Part shown: positions 29,151-40,837 of the stretch, one piece after another
Numbering within the stretch: the first letter of the stretch is position 1
Layout of the letters: each line of letters opens with the position of its first letter
Assembly (NCBI GenBank): GCA_951406725.2
Contig: OX597822.1
Span: forward strand, 51,150,001-51,214,000
Origin: Octopus vulgaris
Lineage: Eukaryota
Direction of reading: 5' to 3'
Length of the DNA: 64,000 nucleotides
The notes under the pieces: model-generated
The model's database searches: none
What the model was told of the DNA's origin: nothing
Seen by the model: the letters and a program-made list of their open reading frames with translations, nothing else
Made by a program: the position numbers and the translations under genes

Positions 29151-29471
29151 ATGTGAAGATGAATACATATGTATATATTAGACATGTACATATATATTTA
29201 TACAGATGTTTATACACATCAATATTTACATATACAAATCTTACTCGTATGCATATACTCATATGCGCACCCATATATACGTGTATCTGCATGTGTTATT
29301 GCCCCTGTACACGCAGGTATATATACTTTGCATACATACTTACATTCACATATATATACACACATACACACACACACATACATATATGCGCACATATGCA
29401 TGGATACACATAAACACGAATATAATTATATGGTAGTGTTATTAAAATATGAGTGAGGAATTAGATAGGGA

Positions 29472-30200
29472 TTAGTAGTTAAAATGTAGATTCATAAGGT
29501 TATTGGGATTCCCTAAGGGGTATTGTGGAAATGTACTGTATGGTCGTTTAGGCATTTGGATGTGCGGTAGAATTTGAATGTGGTAGAATATACATGTGCT
29601 TGGTGCCTCATTATGTTTATTTATCAATGCTGGAGAGTTGTGTTTTAATATGTGAAATGCCTCCTTCAGGCAAAGTTTGTAGGTTGAGCGTTGACCTCGG
29701 TATGGAAGTCCTGAGTCCAGGATGGCCCATGACAGAGTATAGGGTATATTTGTATTTTTGAGATGATTTATGTGTTTGGTGAATGTTGTAGGAGGGGTTC
29801 GGTTGTGGTTGTGGTTGTGGTCTAATGTAAGGGTGTCTGTGCTAGAGCTGTGTGTGTGTTGAGTCTTCGTATTACTAGAGTTGTAGCTATGTGAGTTTTG
29901 ATAGTAAAGAGAGAGCTTTTGCTGATTAGAGGCTACTACAATAGATTCAATTTTAGGTGAGGGAAAATAAGATAGTTTCAGGGTGGATCGATCAAAGATA
30001 GAATGATATTCATGTTGTCGAGGGAATTTAGAGTCTAGTGTTCTAAAGAAGGATTTAGCTATGCTCTTAACATTAAGTGAGAATGGGGGGGGGGGGTGTA
30101 CCACAGAATAGAGCGTCTGCCATTCTTTTTAGGGGGTTTGGGAGGAGTGCTATCTAAATTTTTAGATAAAGGAGTGCAATCTATATTTTTGAGAAAGGTA
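29472..30200 (-). pseudogene. Naiad-like PLE thumb and GIY-YIG C-terminal fragment
   Basis: RSILWYTPP/FSLNVKSIAKSFFRTLDSKFP..H.YHSIFDRSTLKLSY, and IPYTLSWAILDSGLPY....YKLCLKEAFHIL....LINKHNE. Confidence 0.8.
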
Positions 30201-30779
30201 TGTGGGTGGCGAGGCCTGTTGTTGTTAGCTGTTTTAGTTGTTTTTGTTTTTGACCTAATGGTAAATGAATGTGTGTGTGTGTGGGGGGGGTCTAGGTTGC
30301 ATAGGTGCAAGACCCTCCAGGGTTCCATCGACGAGTGTGTGTATGGTTGGTGCGTGTTTGAGATATAATTTGAGATATGTATTATTTGCGCCTGGTGAAC
30401 AGTAATAAAGTAGATACTAATAAAATAGTATGGCTCATAATCCCATATACCATTCAAGTAAAAACTAATTTGGTGAAATGCATTTATAGGCTAACTAATA
30501 AGCATCTCAATATTAATAATAAATATTATGAAATTATTAAAATAAAAAAATAAAGATAGGGCATCGCTCAACTCATAACTTATCTACAAATATAGTTTCT
30601 ATAAATAATAATAAAAATTAGATTCATTTTATTCAAATAGAGAATATGTTAATAATAACTCCCTTAATGTCTGGGAACATGTAGAAAATATTGGTAGTAA
30701 TACTACCAGGTATTTCGTTAATAAGTATAATATTATTATTAAGAATGATCAGAAACCAGTTGCATCTAAATCCTCTTCC

Positions 30780-31230
30780 CGAAACAAAATAAATGACCAT
30801 TCTTATAAAACATGTTATTGTATAAACATTAGATAGCTGTATGGCTAAAAGTTTAAGTAAATTAAAATATGTGGTATATCAATGTAAAGTTATCTGAGAA
30901 ATTAATAAAAAATATATATATATATTTATATTGGATCAACTAAAAACGAAATGAAGAAGCGTCTTTCAACACATTTATATACATTACGGAATAGGAAAAG
31001 ACGAGACTAAGTAAATTTATTGGAAAATTTAAAGATAAGAAAAATTAATTTTAATCTCGAATGGGATATCTTGGTGATTGCACCTACTTACAATATAAGT
31101 AATAAGAAGTACCTTCTTTGTTTGAATGGGTAATTATTTATTCTAATGGTGACATTTCCTTTACTTAACCTGAGGGATGAAAAAATAATTATTGCCAACA
31201 TAAAAAGAAACATGAAGTTATTAGATATAC
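30780..31230 (+). pseudogene. Naiad-like GIY-YIG endonuclease fragment
   Basis: VVYQCKV...IYIGSTKNEMKKRLSTH...FNLEWDILVIAPTYN...LCL...LLNLRDE...CQHKKK with frameshifts. Confidence 0.75.
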
Positions 31231-31406
31231 ATATTTGTTTATTATAGCTATAATTAATAAACTGTTATTTTGATACCTCATGATAGATATCTTGAACTAT
31301 TGTGAAGTAGATTAACAACTCTTATAATTGAAATTATAAATAGAATTTAATTAATATTTCCCCATTCTAATGATTTGAATATAAAAGTGGGAACTTAATG
31401 ATGGTA

Positions 31407-31450
<44 letters not shown>

Positions 31451-31452
<2 letters not shown>

Positions 31453-31580
31453 GACGAAGAGCTCCGCTCGAAACGATTAACCCTTCGTTCCTTCTATCCT
31501 GAGCGACCTATAACGCTCTATTTGTTCCACGTTCTCGCGTTGTTGTGCTTTTTTGTGCTTTCTTGTTTGGATTAACTTTA
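31451..31580 (+). mobile_element. Short pLTR fragment with 5'-truncated hammerhead, inside (TA)n; related 3' part at 54945-55050
   Basis: tcGACGA A GAGC tcc GCTC GAAA CG ATTA; the downstream cctgagcg...tatttgttccac.t.ctcgcgttgttgtg...gtttggattaact is shared with 54945-55050. Confidence 0.55.
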
Positions 31581-31764
31581 TATATATATATATATATATA
31601 TTTATTTAACATGTGTGACTAAGCATGCTTATGTGTATATCTGGGCATAGATATTTACTTTTTTGTTTATTTATATATGGGAAGAGGTATACATCTATAT
31701 ATGTGAAAGTCATTGTGTAGATATGACAGTTTATATATCTTAATGGATATGCATGTGTGTATAG

Positions 31765-31805
<41 letters not shown>

Positions 31806-32273
31806 TATTTAGACGTATATAGGTAGCTTTGTGGATGTATAGCTGTGTATGAGTATATATATGTATATATGCAAGATCGTGTGTATATGTGTATAAATGT
31901 ATATGTGTGTGGAAGCGTAGTTGGGTATATAAATCTATATGGGTATGAAACTATATATGTATATATGTGTGAGCATATGTATAGTGGCGTTGGTGTATAT
32001 ATGTATATCTATGTGTATGTATATATACATATATGTATATGTGTATATATATATATATATGCATGATGATGTATATGCACGTGTATATGTGTGTGTCTAT
32101 GAATATATGTGTATGTTTATGTATGGTGTGTGTATATGTGTAGATATATATACATATATATATATATATGTATATATATATATTCATACGTGTATTGATG
32201 TATATATGTATAAGTCTGTATATGTATGCATTAAATATATACGTGAGTGTGTGTATGTATGAACGTGTGTATA

Positions 32274-32337
<64 letters not shown>

Positions 32338-32846
32338 TGTTGTATACAAGTCTATATATGTAAGCGTGAGGGTTGGACGGAAGCTAAAACAATATTTGGT
32401 TTTGATGTATATATACAATTCAATTTTTATGTTTGTATAGAGTTTGTTACGTTTTTCGTTTTGTTTTAAAACTATCGATAAATATATATGTATGTGAGTA
32501 AAGAAATAATGGGGTATATATGTAGATATAGGTTATTTAGCTTATTTAATTTATTGTGTTGGCTCGTTGTTAGCATGCGGGATATTTCGTTTGTACTTTA
32601 TTGCCTTGTTTCTTTTTGTATGTATATATTTAAATGGTTTTCATCGTTGACCGTATCGCATTGATGTTGTTTTTCGCATTGTTTATATAAACGGGAAAAT
32701 ACTTCCCTCCACTTTATTCCAATAGTAATTTTTAAATATTTTGAATTAATTATTTTGAATTAATACATACAAAATAATGTTATAACGTGAATAGATATAT
32801 ACTCTATACTCTATGTCCGCGCGTTGTGTTTTCTTGTTTGTTTTTA

Positions 32847-32899
<53 letters not shown>

Positions 32900-32913
<14 letters not shown>

Positions 32914-33314
32914 TGAAATGCGTTTTTACCGCTTGGTTCGCTTTCAATGCCACTACATCCCGTCCGATTCGCTCCAAAATTTACACGGATATGTAGAATG
33001 AGGTGACGATGCGCGTAGGCTACCTTACAAATCCCTATTTTAAAAGGTGTGGTTGCTAGGGGCCATCTTCCTACCTCACCCTATTTCCTCCAGTACTCTG
33101 TCACTCCTCTTCATTTGACAATGCAACTACCGTTATTTAATGTAAAGTCTTCCTCAAATCACTCTGTAGCTATTTACTCTCTTCCAAGAACATTTTCACT
33201 CACTCTATCTCTTACCTTCCTATACATTTTACTCATGTATCTCTCAGCGTTCATGGACAGTAACAAATATTACTCGCCATCCCCATCGCCATCACATTCT
33301 ATTGTCTACCTGCC

Positions 33315-33355
<41 letters not shown>

Positions 33356-33460
33356 TCATATATCTAATATTATATTTTTATTTTTATGTTTTGGTTTTTG
33401 GTTTTTTACTGTTTCATTTCCCTATTAGTGGTTTTATCTCTAATTTAATTTCTACAGCGT

Positions 33461-33518
<58 letters not shown>

Positions 33519-34330
33519 GTGGCCCCAGTACACCCGAATGAAATCAGGTTCTCTTCATCAAAATGTGAAAAGGGGTCTACAATTATCATCGCCACAACTG
33601 TATGTCTTCCTCACTCACTCACTCTTTTTCCTAATGATAATTATCATCGCCACCACCAACACCACCAACACACAATCTGGACAATATTTCTCTTATAACA
33701 AATCATGTTTACATTGCAACGACGTCTGCCACCTCCGCCGTCTCTATTTATTCTGCAAATGACCAGAACTCGGGAAACTTGGTTTAGTGTTCTATGGTCT
33801 ATGATCAGAACTCGGGAAACTTGGTTGAGTGTTCTATGGTCTATGACCAGAACTCGGGAAACTTGCTTGACTGTTCTATGGTCTATGACCAGAAATCGGG
33901 AAACTTGGTTGAGTGTTCTATGGTCTATGACCAGAACTTGGGAAACTTGGTTGAGTCCTCATCTTATAAAATGTGGCCCCAGTAGACCCAAATGAAATCG
34001 GGTTATATTAACCAAAAGGTGAAAAGGGTATAAATGGGGCTGGAAGAGGATTAAAATTTAAAGGAGCGGGTGTTTAGCAATTCTCAGTTACATCAAGCTA
34101 AAAAATTTGCTCCAGCCTTTTAATCGTCAATGTGTTGCCGTCCATGATGAAGAAGTTTTGAATGCTTGCCATCGTGAGTCTACTGTCGTGAGAAAGAATC
34201 AAGTCAAAACTTGGTTTTTAGGGATTTTCTTTTACATCAAGTTCAAAATTTTACGCCAGCCGTTGAACTGTCAATACGTTGCTTTCCGTCGTTAAGAAAT
34301 GCCAGCCATGGTGATTCTACTATCCTCAAA
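32900..34330 (+). mobile_element. Possible non-autonomous Helitron-like element with internal repeats
   Basis: Starts in (TA)n with TATATAAAACTGAAATG...CCGATTCGCTCCAAAATTT. Internal direct repeats at 33517-33575 and 33971-34028 flank a minisatellite. The 3' end was not identified. Confidence 0.4.
33759..33956. repeat. 42-bp minisatellite, ~4.7 copies
   Basis: Unit ATGACCAGAACTCGGGAAACTTGGTTGAGTGTTCTATGGTCT at 33759, 33801, 33843, 33885 and 33927. Confidence 0.95.
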
Positions 34331-34644
34331 TTCTATCCCTTCAAACTTTGGTTTGCAATATTTTATTATTTTTATTCAGCTCGCAAGTTCGTCTGTCCCT
34401 TTTAAATGTTAGTGTTTTGCTGTCTGTCCTGAAGCAGACCTTTCCTTTGTAACTGCCTGATATTTATGATTGATCTTTCTAAATATTTTATTTCTCAACT
34501 TACTCAAGATCTTTTGTTGTTTATAAATGGGAGAGAGATACATAAAGATAGAGAGTAAGAGAAAGCGAGGGAGAGTCCGAGAGAAAGGAAGAGTAAGAGA
34601 GTGGGAAAGTGAGAGAGAAAGGAGAAAGAAACAAAGAGGGAGAA

Positions 34645-34960
34645 TCATCATCATCATCATCATCATCGTTTAACGTCCGTTTTCCGTGCTAGCACGGGTT
34701 GGACAGTTTGACAGGGGTCTGGGAAGCCAGGAGGCTGCACCACGCTCCAGTCTGATCTGGCAGTGTTTCGACAGGTGGATGCCCTTCCTAACGCCAACCA
34801 CTCTGTGAGCGTATTGGGTGCTTTTTTCGTGCCGCCTGCACAGGTGCCAGGGGGGCTGGCAGCGGCCACGATCGGTTGGTGCTTTTTACGTGCTACCAGC
34901 ACAGAAGCCAGTCAAGGCGGCGCTGCAATCCGCCACGTTCGGATGGTGCTTTTTACGTGC
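34645..34960 (-). mobile_element. SINE/LINE 3' tail with (ATG)n end
   Basis: (CAT)n-cgtttaacgtcc...ggatgcccttcctaacgccaacc motif and a repeated ggtgcttttt.cgtg sub-unit; GC-rich relative to flanks. Confidence 0.6.
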
Positions 34961-35039
34961 TGAAAGGAAGCAACAGAAAGTAACAACCACACTCTTACCC
35001 GCGCGTAGAGCGGGTCACCTTCAGCAAGTATATATATAT

Positions 35040-35076
<37 letters not shown>

Positions 35077-35645
35077 GGGATAATCAAACTTCTGTATGTG
35101 TATATGCATCTGCGTAAACGTACGTGTGTGTGTATATACGTAAATGATTGGTATGTATGTGTGTATACAAAAGTATATATAAAGATGAGTATACATAAAC
35201 CGGTTATAGAACGGAAAGGTTAAAGATTTAGAGTTATGAATTTACAAAATTTCTGTAAGATTATTTACTTATTTACGATTAAGCTCGTTCATATAGCCTC
35301 TTTGTAAAGATTTAGAAATTACAAATATTTTCATTTGATATTTTTCGTCAAATAGTTATGGTTTGTTAATCTCATGAATCATCATTGCATATATAAACGG
35401 ATCTGATTATTCTAGAAAAGTTTCATTTTATTAACGAAGCGGAATAAGTTATAATTTGAGATGTGTCATGTGTTTGTGTAAAATATTGCATTGGATTTAT
35501 AATTGTTCAATTTATTGTTCTGTTTTCTTTTTTTTTTCATTTCTGCCAACACCGACTTCAAGACGGTCACTGCAGCCTTCTTTTATCGAACCTGCTCGCA
35601 TTATATTTATATTCGTTCAGCGTATGGCACCCATCTTAAATTAAA

Positions 35646-35682
<37 letters not shown>

Positions 35683-35731
35683 AAACAAGTCAAAAATAGA
35701 AAATGCTAAACTAATTTTATAGTGAACATTT

Positions 35732-35769
35732 CAGTACCGGTTTCGGTCATTTTGAGACCTTTTCAACTG
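35732..35769 (-). ncRNA. Minimal type-I hammerhead ribozyme, U3-A8 core variant, in PLE pLTR
   Basis: CAG TTGAAAA GGTC tcaaaat GACC GAAA CCGG TA CTG: stem I CAG/CTG, stem II GGTC/GACC, palindromic stem III CCGG, GUA cleavage triplet. Confidence 0.75.
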
Positions 35770-36481
35770 TAACGATTAAATAATTAAATTTAGAAAAATT
35801 AGAAGAAAAGTTTTTTTAAAAGAATATTTCTATAGTAGTGTTCAGATTTAAGTGGCATTCTGCCTTTCTCTGACTCCCTTGTTTGCACTTGTGTGTTCGA
35901 GGTAGTTGTGAGTTCTTGGTAGGGTAGTAGAGGAAGAAGGCTGGTGAGGAAAGGGGGGGTGCCCTGATGGTCGTATTTTGAATGGTCAGTGGCGGCTGGC
36001 AGTCTCAGTTCAATTCAGGAGAATATTTATATTGACAGGCTTGTTTATAGAATTAGCGTAGGTGTTATACTAAAAAACATTAGTGACAAAGTTAAGGGGT
36101 AGGGGGTGGAGAAGTAGAAGAAGAAGAAGAAGAAGAAGAAGAAGAAGAAGAAGAAGGAGAAGGAGAAGATGACGATGATGGTGATGGTGGTGATGATTAT
36201 GACGACGATGATGATTATAATGATGATGATGAAGAAGAAGAAGAAGAAGAAGAAGGAGGAGAAGGAGAAGATGGTGGTGATGATGATGACGACGATGATG
36301 ATGATAATGATGATGATGAAGAAGAAGAGGAAGAAGAAGAAGAAGAAAAAAACAGAGAAGGGAGCATATGAATGGGTGTAAGTATAGCTATGAAGGGGCT
36401 GATTAGTAATGGATTCTATGGAGTGTAGTATTTGTGTGTGTATATATATATTTTTTTCTTTTATTCTAAAGTTGAGGTATA

Positions 36482-38056
36482 TTAATTGTTTGTCGTAGAC
36501 CCGTTAAGAAGTGGCTTGTATTTTGTAATAAAGAGATTTTCTTTACTTATTCGTTGTCTCGAGGTTGTATCGTCCCTAAATTGGTAGAGGGGGAAATTCT
36601 GAAGTTTGGTGTTTTTTTGTTGGCGCAAGTATCTATGTGTTGGCTAAAAGCTATTTTTCTGTTTTGGGGAATTTTTATCTGGGATCTGTGCAGGGCCATT
36701 CGTTTACGCAAACCATTTTTTGTTTGGCCTATGTACTGCTCTTGACACCCGAAGCAGGTTAGTGAGTATATTAGGTTCTCCGAAGCACATGTGAAGTTGC
36801 TTTTCACTGTAAACCGTTGTCCCTGTTTGAAGGAGAACACAGAACCCTCGATTAGATAGTCGCATATCCCGCAATTGGGTCTTCCACATTTTTTTACTGT
36901 CGGTTTCTGTGTTGAAGAGTGAATTCGGGCTTGTGTAAGGAGACTTTTCATGGATCTAGGCTGTCTTTTGCTTTTTATGATCGTGTGTGTTTGGAGGATT
37001 GTGTTCATTCTGTGGTCTTTTTTTAGGATGGGTATGTTGTGGAGGATGGTGTCGAAGGCTTCGTTATTGAGAGGGTTGTGTGTGGATATGTATGGTAAGG
37101 CTTTTGGTTGTAGGTTTTTCTTTGATTTGGGATGTCTCAGTTCCTTGATGTTAAGTTGAAGGGCACGTTGAATGCACTTGTCAATAAGTGAAGGTGGATA
37201 GTTCCTGGTGATTAGGGTATCTTTTAGTTCTTGTAGTCGTGTGTCTCTGGTGTTTGCGTTAGAGACTATAGTGCATATCCTTTTTGCTAGATTGAAGGGG
37301 ATATTCATCCTGGTGTGTCTGGGGTGGCATGAATTGAATGGAAGATATTGCTTAGAGTCTGTAGGCTTATAGTATATGTCTGTTTCTATTATATTATTAG
37401 CTTTCTTAATGAGGATATCGAGGAAGGGGAGTTGTTGTTGGCTATATTCCATCGTGAATTGGATGTTTACGTCCAGTCCGTTTAAAATTTTCTGGAATTC
37501 TATGAGTTTTTCTATATTTTTATGCCAAAGGATGAAACAGTCATCTAGATATCTCTTCCAGTTGTTTTCTATGTAGATGGAGAAAGGGCTGCCATATCTT
37601 TCTAGAACCTTACGATACAGACTGATCTCTAGGTATCCTATGACTAGGTTGGCAAAGGAGGGGGCCATTCGTGTACCCATCGCAGTCCCCGATTTTTGTC
37701 GGTAGAAGTTGTCATTGAAGGCGAAGAAGTTATTTTCCAGGATGAATTTAACCCCTTCTATCACAAATTCTTTTTTGATGCGGTGTGGTAGTTCGTTGGC
37801 GTGATTCTCTAGCCAGAATTGGATTGCCTCTAGTCCTAGGTTGTGGGGGATATTGGAGTAGAGGTTGACTACATCGAAGGATACCAGTATGGTGTTTTTG
37901 TTTATAGTATTCGGTAGGTGATTGAGCATATCTAAGTCGTCCCTTATATAGCTTTTGACATGTTTGAGGAGTGGTTTTAACAGGGTGTCTAAAAAGTTAC
38001 TGAGGCGGTGGGTTTCGCATGCGGGACCTGCTATTATGGGTCTCAATTTGAGGTCA
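36482..38056 (-). CDS. Penelope RT-GIY-YIG polyprotein (5'-truncated; one frameshift near 36590)
   Basis: ORF 36547-38145 is genuine from DLKLRP (38056). An alternative frame gives the true GIY-YIG end FPLYQFRDDTTSRQRISKENLFITKYKPLLNGSTTNN*, stop at 36482. Confidence 0.85.
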
Positions 38057-39896
38057 ACAACCCTTTCCAGAAAATAAGAAAACCAAAACAACACCCAAAC
38101 ACCGATACACACCTGTCTAAAAATCGGAACCTTCACTACTATCAAAAAAAGAATACAGGACCTAACCCTAACTCTGTAAGCAGCCAGCGATACAATATCA
38201 GGAATACCCCCACTTCAAGCAGAGAAAGGATAAATCAACACCCACAGCATAGACACTGCAACCTCATCCCCACCCAAAGGAGTTACCAACGAAATCTTCG
38301 TCCCATTAACCGGTTAAACAACCATGCACAACAAACCCACACCACTTGCAATGATTACCAACGAAGGCCTCCTAGAACACCACACCCGAATATGGGATAT
38401 CGGGATGCTCTCCTCAATACTGCTCCAAGAACACACACCATAAATCACAACAGGAGACCCCTAATCAACAAAGAACAACTATATACTAGCTACCGTCCCA
38501 ACCACCGCATTCATTTTTTAGACCCAATACGCAAACACAGAGACACAAGATAGCACCAAACAAGCAGGAGGAACCAAAAGTAATAAAAATTATTAATCTA
38601 ACTCACAAGGAACTAACAGCAAACCAAATAAACATACTTTCCAAAGGACTCAAGTTTACACCCACCCCACAACACCCCAACTACAATGAAATGAAAGAAG
38701 ACATCGCAGAATTCTGCAGAAAATTAAGACTTACTGAGGAGCTATACGATAAATACAACGAGGACGAATCGTTAGCCAGAAATAGGAGTAACTACACCCC
38801 CTCGAAAGGTAAGAATAAAACACTTGATGATTTCTGTGACCACATATCAAATTACCCATATCAACATATGCACAAACAAAAACACAAACCAAACTTCAGC
38901 AAAAAAGAATAGGCTGAGTTGAACAAATTAAAACTAGATAAAACAATAACAATCAAAGAGGCCGATAAAGGGAGTGCTGTTGTCTTAATGGATACGACAT
39001 TTTACATAACTTTGGTACTTTCTATGCTGGAAGACACAACATACTATGAAAAGGCACAAAACTACAGTCAACAAAAAATAATGAGGGAACTAAAATCCAT
39101 ATTAAACCCATACAAAGCAGGGCTCACCGACAAAGAACATGATTATATGACCAATTTCACAAGTAAAACTAGCCAATTCTACGGTATACCTAAGATCCAC
39201 AAAAGTGAAAAAATAAGCAACGCATGCAAGATAGCTACAGACAAAATAATTAAAGTCCCTAATCCTAATGACCTCAAATTGAGACCCATAATAGCAGGTC
39301 CCGCATGCGAAACCCACCGCCTCAGTAACTTTTTAGACACCCTGTTAAAACCACTCCTCAAACATGTCAAAAGCTATATAAGGGACGACTTAGATATGCT
39401 CAATCACCTACCGAATACTATAAACAAAAACACCATACTGGTATCCTTCGATGTAGTCCACCTCTACTCCAATATCCCCCACAACCTAGGGCTAGAGGCA
39501 ATCCAATTCGGGCTAGAGAATCACGCCAACGAACTACCACACCGCATCAAAAAAGAATTTGTGATAGAAGGGGTTAAATTCATCCTGGAAAATAACTTTT
39601 TCGCCTTCAATGACAACTTCTACCGACAAAAATCGGGGACTGCGATGGGTACACGAATGGCCCCCTCCTTTGCCAACCTAGTCATAGGATACCTAGAGAT
39701 CAGTCTGTATCGTAAGGTTCTAGAAAGATATGGCAGCCCTTTCTCCATCTACATAGAAAACAACTGGAAGAGATATCTAGATGACTGTTTCATCCTTTGG
39801 CATAAAAATATAGAAAAACTCATAGAATTCCAGAAAATTTTAAACGGACTGGACGTAAACATCCAATTCACGATCGAATATAGCCAACAACAACTC
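38057..39896 (+). mobile_element. Same Neptune-like PLE, inverted 5' half (upstream basic ORF plus RT N-terminus and core)
   Basis: Frame from 38490: KIINLTHKELTANQINILSKGLKFTPTP...ITIKEADKGSAVVLM...FYGIPKIHK...RPIIAG...YLDDCF, with one internal TAG at 38910. 39269-39896 is an inverted duplicate of 37429-38056. Confidence 0.93.
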
Positions 39897-39918
39897 TCGT
39901 GTGTTCCTTTTCACCCTT

Positions 39919-39949
<31 letters not shown>

Positions 39950-39968
<19 letters not shown>

Positions 39969-40323
39969 GGCCGTTTGTCTGTGTGTGTTTCTGTGTGTCT
40001 GTTTGCTTGTACCCTCACCCTGACCACGGCTTTCAACCTATTCTGATGAGACTTGACACACACATAGCCCAATGTCATAATTCAACACTAACGCAGCGAA
40101 AATTTTGAAAAGTTCCCCCAGTTCTGAAAAAAATCGATAAATTCGACATGGGGTCGAGAATCAGAAACACAAACCACAGACTGTCTAGGGGACGCACATC
40201 GACCTTTTTAACTAAAAAAAAAAATTACCATCATTTTTTCCCAATTTTTTGGCTATAACTATCTAAAAATGCTTTATAGTTATTTCCCTTACAAACCCGA
40301 GCAACGCCGGGCGATACTGCTAG
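39950..40323 (+). mobile_element. Non-autonomous Helitron
   Basis: 5' TATATAAACGG..TTTGTCTGT shared with the 62964 copy; 3' hairpin CCCGAGCAACGCCGGG then CTAG at 40320-40323. Confidence 0.85.
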
Positions 40324-40396
<73 letters not shown>

Positions 40397-40397
40397 T

Positions 40398-40788
40398 GAG
40401 TGGCTGTGTGGTAAGTAGCTCACTTACGAACCACATGGTTCCGGGTCTCCCTCACTGCATGGCACCTTGGCCAAGTGTCTTCTACTATAGCCTCAAGCCG
40501 ACCAAAGCCTTGTGAGTGGATTTGGTAGACGGAAACTAAAAGATGCCCTTCGTGTAAATGTATATATATATTTGTGTGTATATGTTTGTGTGTCCGTGGT
40601 AATCCCCACCGACATCGCTTGACAACCGATGCTGGTGTGTTTACGTTCCCGTAACTTAGCGGTTCGGCAAAAATAACCATTAAAATACGTACTAGGCTTA
40701 CAAAGAATAAGTCCTGGGGTTGATTTGTTCGACTAAAGGCAGTGCTCCTGCATGGCCACAGTCTGAAACAAGTAAAATAGTAAAAGAT
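40398..40788 (+). mobile_element. tRNA-derived SINE family A
   Basis: gagtggctgtgtggtaagtagct...aaccacatggttccggg...ctgaaacaagtaaaa. Confidence 0.85.
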
Positions 40789-40837
40789 TATATATTATAT
40801 CATATTATATTACATTATATTATATAATATTACATTA

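Larger units (their letters stand above)
35679..38056 (-). mobile_element. Young Neptune-like Penelope element, 3' half (RT core, thumb, Cys linker, GIY-YIG, pLTR)
   Basis: Long ORF with SFDVVNLYSNIP, GTAMGTRMAPSFAN, KRYLDDCF, LPFLD, SCHPRH, CGRPNCGIC, LIYSLTCFGCQEQYIGQT. The 3'UTR has GAA/GAT triplets and a terminal hammerhead, and the element ends in (TA)n. Confidence 0.95.

Noticed and set aside
30780-31230. Selenocysteine (in-frame UGA/SECIS) usage, as reported for some Naiad PLEs
   Set aside because: The fragments are too decayed, with many stops and frameshifts, to distinguish Sec codons; no SECIS recognised.
33759-33956. CRISPR-like regularly spaced palindromic repeat
   Set aside because: Units are contiguous with no unique spacers, there are no cas genes, and the context is eukaryotic; it is a minisatellite.
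38057-38145. N-terminal 30 aa of the 532-aa ORF
   Set aside because: It is antisense sequence across the inversion junction, not part of the real RT.
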